From: Macrostomum hystrix
Taxonomy: Eukaryota; Animalia; Platyhelminthes
Reading direction: 5' to 3'
DNA length: 64,000 nt
Assembly: GCA_950097015.1 (NCBI GenBank)
Contig: CATNEN010000001.1
Span: forward strand, 24,924,001-24,988,000
Every line of letters begins with the position of its first letter. Position 1 is the stretch's first letter. Under the pieces are notes generated by a model. The model was not told where the DNA came from, ran no database searches, and worked only from the letters and a program-made list of their open reading frames with translations. Shown here piece after piece: positions 61,101 to 64,000 of this stretch. The position numbers and the translations under genes were made by a program.

Positions 61101-63043
61101 TGCTATTAACTCTTGACTTTATTGTTCCATAACTTTCAACAAAACGGCAGGTGTCAAAACTTCTTGCTCGACTTGACAACACGGAGAGCTCAATGCGGCA
61201 GCAGTCGCAGCGGAGTCACCAGCGCATTCAGCAGCTGCAGAGCCTCCTGGATGAGAAGAAGTTCCTGTTCAATCAGCAGCAGGCCAGGTGAGTCACATTG
61301 AGAACATTAACTTATTGCTAAAAGTGCAGTTGTGGTTGAGTACCTGCCCGACCACTTCTCGCCAGACTATCGCTAGCCGAGTCACAACTGGCCGTGGTAG
61401 AGACCAAATACACGGAGCTGCAGAAGAGCCTTCAGCAGATGCTGCTGGACAAGGAGGAACTCATCCGGGCGCACGCGCTGGAGATGCAACGGCAGCGCGA
61501 GGACCGGCTGCAACAAGAGTCTGGCCTGCGCAAGGAGTTCGACAACCTGACAGTGAAGTGCGCCCAGCTGGAGGCCCAACTGGCTGACAGCGAGCAGCGG
61601 GCGCAGCAGCTGAAGGCCGCCAACCTTGAGTTGCGCGAGGAGGTGGCCGCAGGCCAAGCCGAGATGCGGCTTCGCCAGGCTCAGCTAGACGAGAGGCTGC
61701 AGTCGGAGCGGCAGCAGTGCCGAGACCAGCTGCTGGAGATGGAGACTGCGAGGGACAGGGAGGTGAGGAGAGATCTGAGTCACCCCTAGCATCAATCGAT
61801 CATCGCTCTAGTATAATGATAATATTTATTTCAGGAGGGCTGCACGCAATTGCTCATCATATGGTGACATCATATGGTGGTCACAATTTTCGCGACACGC
61901 TCACACAGGTGTGTACATCTGCCCTGACTTTCTCATCGTCAGGCAGTGCACACTCTTACTGTGCCTTGGAGGTTGGCCCTCAAGGGCGAAGATTGTACGA
62001 CAAGCCCCCCATAGCCTTCAAAGCCCTAATGAATATGGCCTCGCCGCGGAATCGAGCTCTTGGAATTGCCTCCTCTAGTGTCAATAAAAAATATATTCTA
62101 TTTGAGTACACTATTCTATGGCATAAAATGAATATGTACATTACTCGCGCATTGCAGTTGAACCGACTCCGCGCCGAGTTCGAATCCGCGGATCGGGCGC
62201 ACCGGGATCGTCAGGCCCGGGCCGACCGTGAGCGCGCTGAGCTAGAGTCGGAGACCGCCAGACTGCGGCAGCAACTGCAGACGGACAAGCTGGCAGCCGA
62301 GGAGGCTCAGGCCAGCCTGCGGGCGCGTCTGCGAGCCGAGGAGGAACAGAGAGTAGCGGCACTGGAGGAGCGGGCTCGGCTGTTGCAGTCGGGCAAGGAG
62401 GAGGCGGCCGGGAGGGCGGCGGCGCTGGCAGCCCAGCTCGCGGAGCAGCAGCGGGCGCAGGCAGCTCAGCAGGCGGAGGTCGAAGCCGGCAAGCGACGGC
62501 TTGAAGACGCGGCAACGCAGCTGGCGGCGGCGAGGGCCGAAGGGCACGCGGAGGCTGCGCGGGTCCGGCTGGAGATGCAGGTGAGAGGCTGGGATCTTGG
62601 ACTATTTGGGATCTTTCGTACTCTGTTACTTTTTTTCTTTGTTGTTTTTGTACTTACTGATATCTTGGAGTGTCTATCATTAAATACATTTTTGTATTTT
62701 CGATCGTCTGATCTCAACATAAAAAGCGCCGAACTCCCAACAACGCCCCACCCAGGAGCGCCTGAACACCCTGGAGGCCGAGCGCCGCAGCCAGCGTGAG
62801 CTGCACGAAGAGATCGCCAGCCTGAAGGCCCAGCTGCAGCGCTGCCGTGACGAGTCACGTGACCAGCTGGCAGCCAAGGACACCCAGCTGGCTGTCCTTC
62901 AAGAGCGGCTTACAGCCCGGGGCGAGGAGCTGCGGCGATGGCGCGAGGACGAAGAAGCTCGTTCGGCTGCCCTGCAGACGGCAGTTATGCAGTTCTGCAG
63001 ACGTGGCGGCAGCGGCGGCTCCAGAGGTGTTGCCGATGATTAG
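58176..63043 (+). CDS. LRRC45: Leucine-rich repeat-containing protein 45 (LRR + coiled coil). Exons 58176-58309, 58730-58881, 58961-59093, 59648-59826, 59903-60144, 61151-61287, 61366-61762, 62158-62580, 62756-63043
   Basis: [27 protein letters not shown]...[52 protein letters not shown], followed by a long coiled coil, matching LRRC45 organisation. GT-AG phases are consistent. Confidence 0.88.
59225..59590. mobile_element. MITE-like element with long imperfect terminal inverted repeats, in LRRC45 intron 3
   Basis: aacatttccgccctatacg...gtcgagatattcagcgattct pairs with agaatcgttgaatatctcgacga...atagagcggtaaatgtt. Three other copies are in the window. Confidence 0.7.
60715..60981 (-). mobile_element. 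SINE family 1 copy in an LRRC45 intron
   Basis: Reverse complement of the consensus. Confidence 0.8.
61812..62059 (-). mobile_element. SINE family 1 copy (internally deleted) in an LRRC45 intron
   Basis: Reverse complement of the consensus; explains the non-coding front of ORF 61717-62799. Confidence 0.78.
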
Positions 63044-63534
63044 GCAGAAGTGCCGAGTTGTTGACATGCATCAAGCGATCGATCTTTTGTTCGATTTGAA
63101 TTTATAGTTTTTTTTATTAATTTAGTCTTAATTCAAACAATAAGTTTTAAATGTCTGATTATTGGCTAGTAAAAAATGTGTATCCATTTGCTGCCTTCAC
63201 AGTAGCCATTTACTATTTGTTATTTATAGCCAGTGGCTGAGCCACAGTATTTATGAATAGGTCTGGATTCCCTCAGAAATCAAATCAACCTGTCACAATG
63301 CCAATTCACAATTCATCCTCATGCGCATTCACGATCACCTCCAGGCAGTAGTTAGCTGTGAAACTGACTTTTTATGAAATACTTTCTTTGTTTGCGTCCG
63401 ATTTATATTTTTTTATGTGGCGAAGCTAACTGTTTCTGTTGTTGAGCTGGTTTCAACCAGGAGACTAAAAAACAGAAAAAGGTATATAATCACAGCTTAA
63501 AAAATAACTTCATCTTTTTCTTAACTTAAGCGCT

Positions 63535-63750
63535 AAGGTTCCTGAGCTTGATTCCGCGGCGAGGCCACATCTATTTGGAGCTTATAGCCACGGAGAGAAG
63601 ACCTAGTCCAAGGTACAGTGAGATTGTACACTGCCTGACGATGAGAAACTCAGGGCAGATGTGCCGGAATGGGCAGAACTGCCTCCTCGTTGGCAGTAGG
63701 TCTTATGTGACCAGTTGATGTCTGTGCAGACGGTTCCTTCATGTATTATT
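63535..63750 (+). mobile_element. SINE family 1 copy (diverged)
   Basis: gagcttgattccgcggcgaggccac...gcctcctcgttggc. Confidence 0.72.
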
Positions 63751-63824
63751 CTTGTCTTATTACTTCTTTTAGTAGCTCTACTATGGGTTTATTATTATTA
63801 TTATTACTACTACTAGAGGTTCTA

Positions 63825-64000
63825 TAGCTTTTGGTTACTACGTCGGACTCACGACTCGAAGGTCGTGGATTCGATTCCGGACTCCATTGGAACAATTTGT
63901 GTTCTTTAGCAAGACACTAAACTCTGCATCGTTTCAGTTCACCCAGCTGTTAAATACCAGCATTAGCTGAGGTAATTAAGTGTGGGTGTGGCGTCCACCC
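63825..64000 (+). mobile_element. Second tRNA-derived SINE family; related pieces near 20890-20965, 38940-39050 and 40020-40090
   Basis: B box GATTCGATTCC followed by tagcaagacactaaac and cagttcacccagctg...accagcattagctgaggtaattaag, shared with the other loci. Confidence 0.6.

Noticed and set aside
63825-63890. Possible tRNA gene
   Set aside because: A B box is present but there is no complete cloverleaf, and it continues into a dispersed repeat body, so it is a SINE head.

Overview
Eukaryotic (metazoan invertebrate) genomic DNA with GT-AG introns, GC-rich exons and minisatellite-filled introns. The style suggests a Macrostomum-like flatworm, but that is inference only. Genes supported by manual splice reconstruction: holocarboxylase synthetase (minus, runs off the left edge), an intronless ZIP/SLC39-type transporter, an intronless secreted PAN + LamG-like protein, IRAK1BP1/SIMPL, a divergent calmodulin-like protein, GDP-L-fucose synthase and LRRC45. 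The region 33.9-57.2 kb holds a tandem cluster of secreted PAN-PAN-fibrinogen-domain (FReD) genes: three complete 4-exon copies and two fragments. The copies are a patchwork of near-identical and strongly diverged segments, as expected from segmental gene conversion, and this cluster is the best candidate for an undescribed system (a diversifying lectin/recognition family). Mobile DNA includes a full-length Ty3/Gypsy LTR element in an intron of one cluster gene (5-bp TSD, integrase knocked out by a deletion), a non-autonomous Helitron with a nested hAT-type MITE, a Mutator-like MITE, another inverted-repeat family, a decayed non-LTR RT fragment, and about ten copies of a tRNA-derived SINE. Coordinates were read by eye, and repeat boundaries and copy numbers are approximate.
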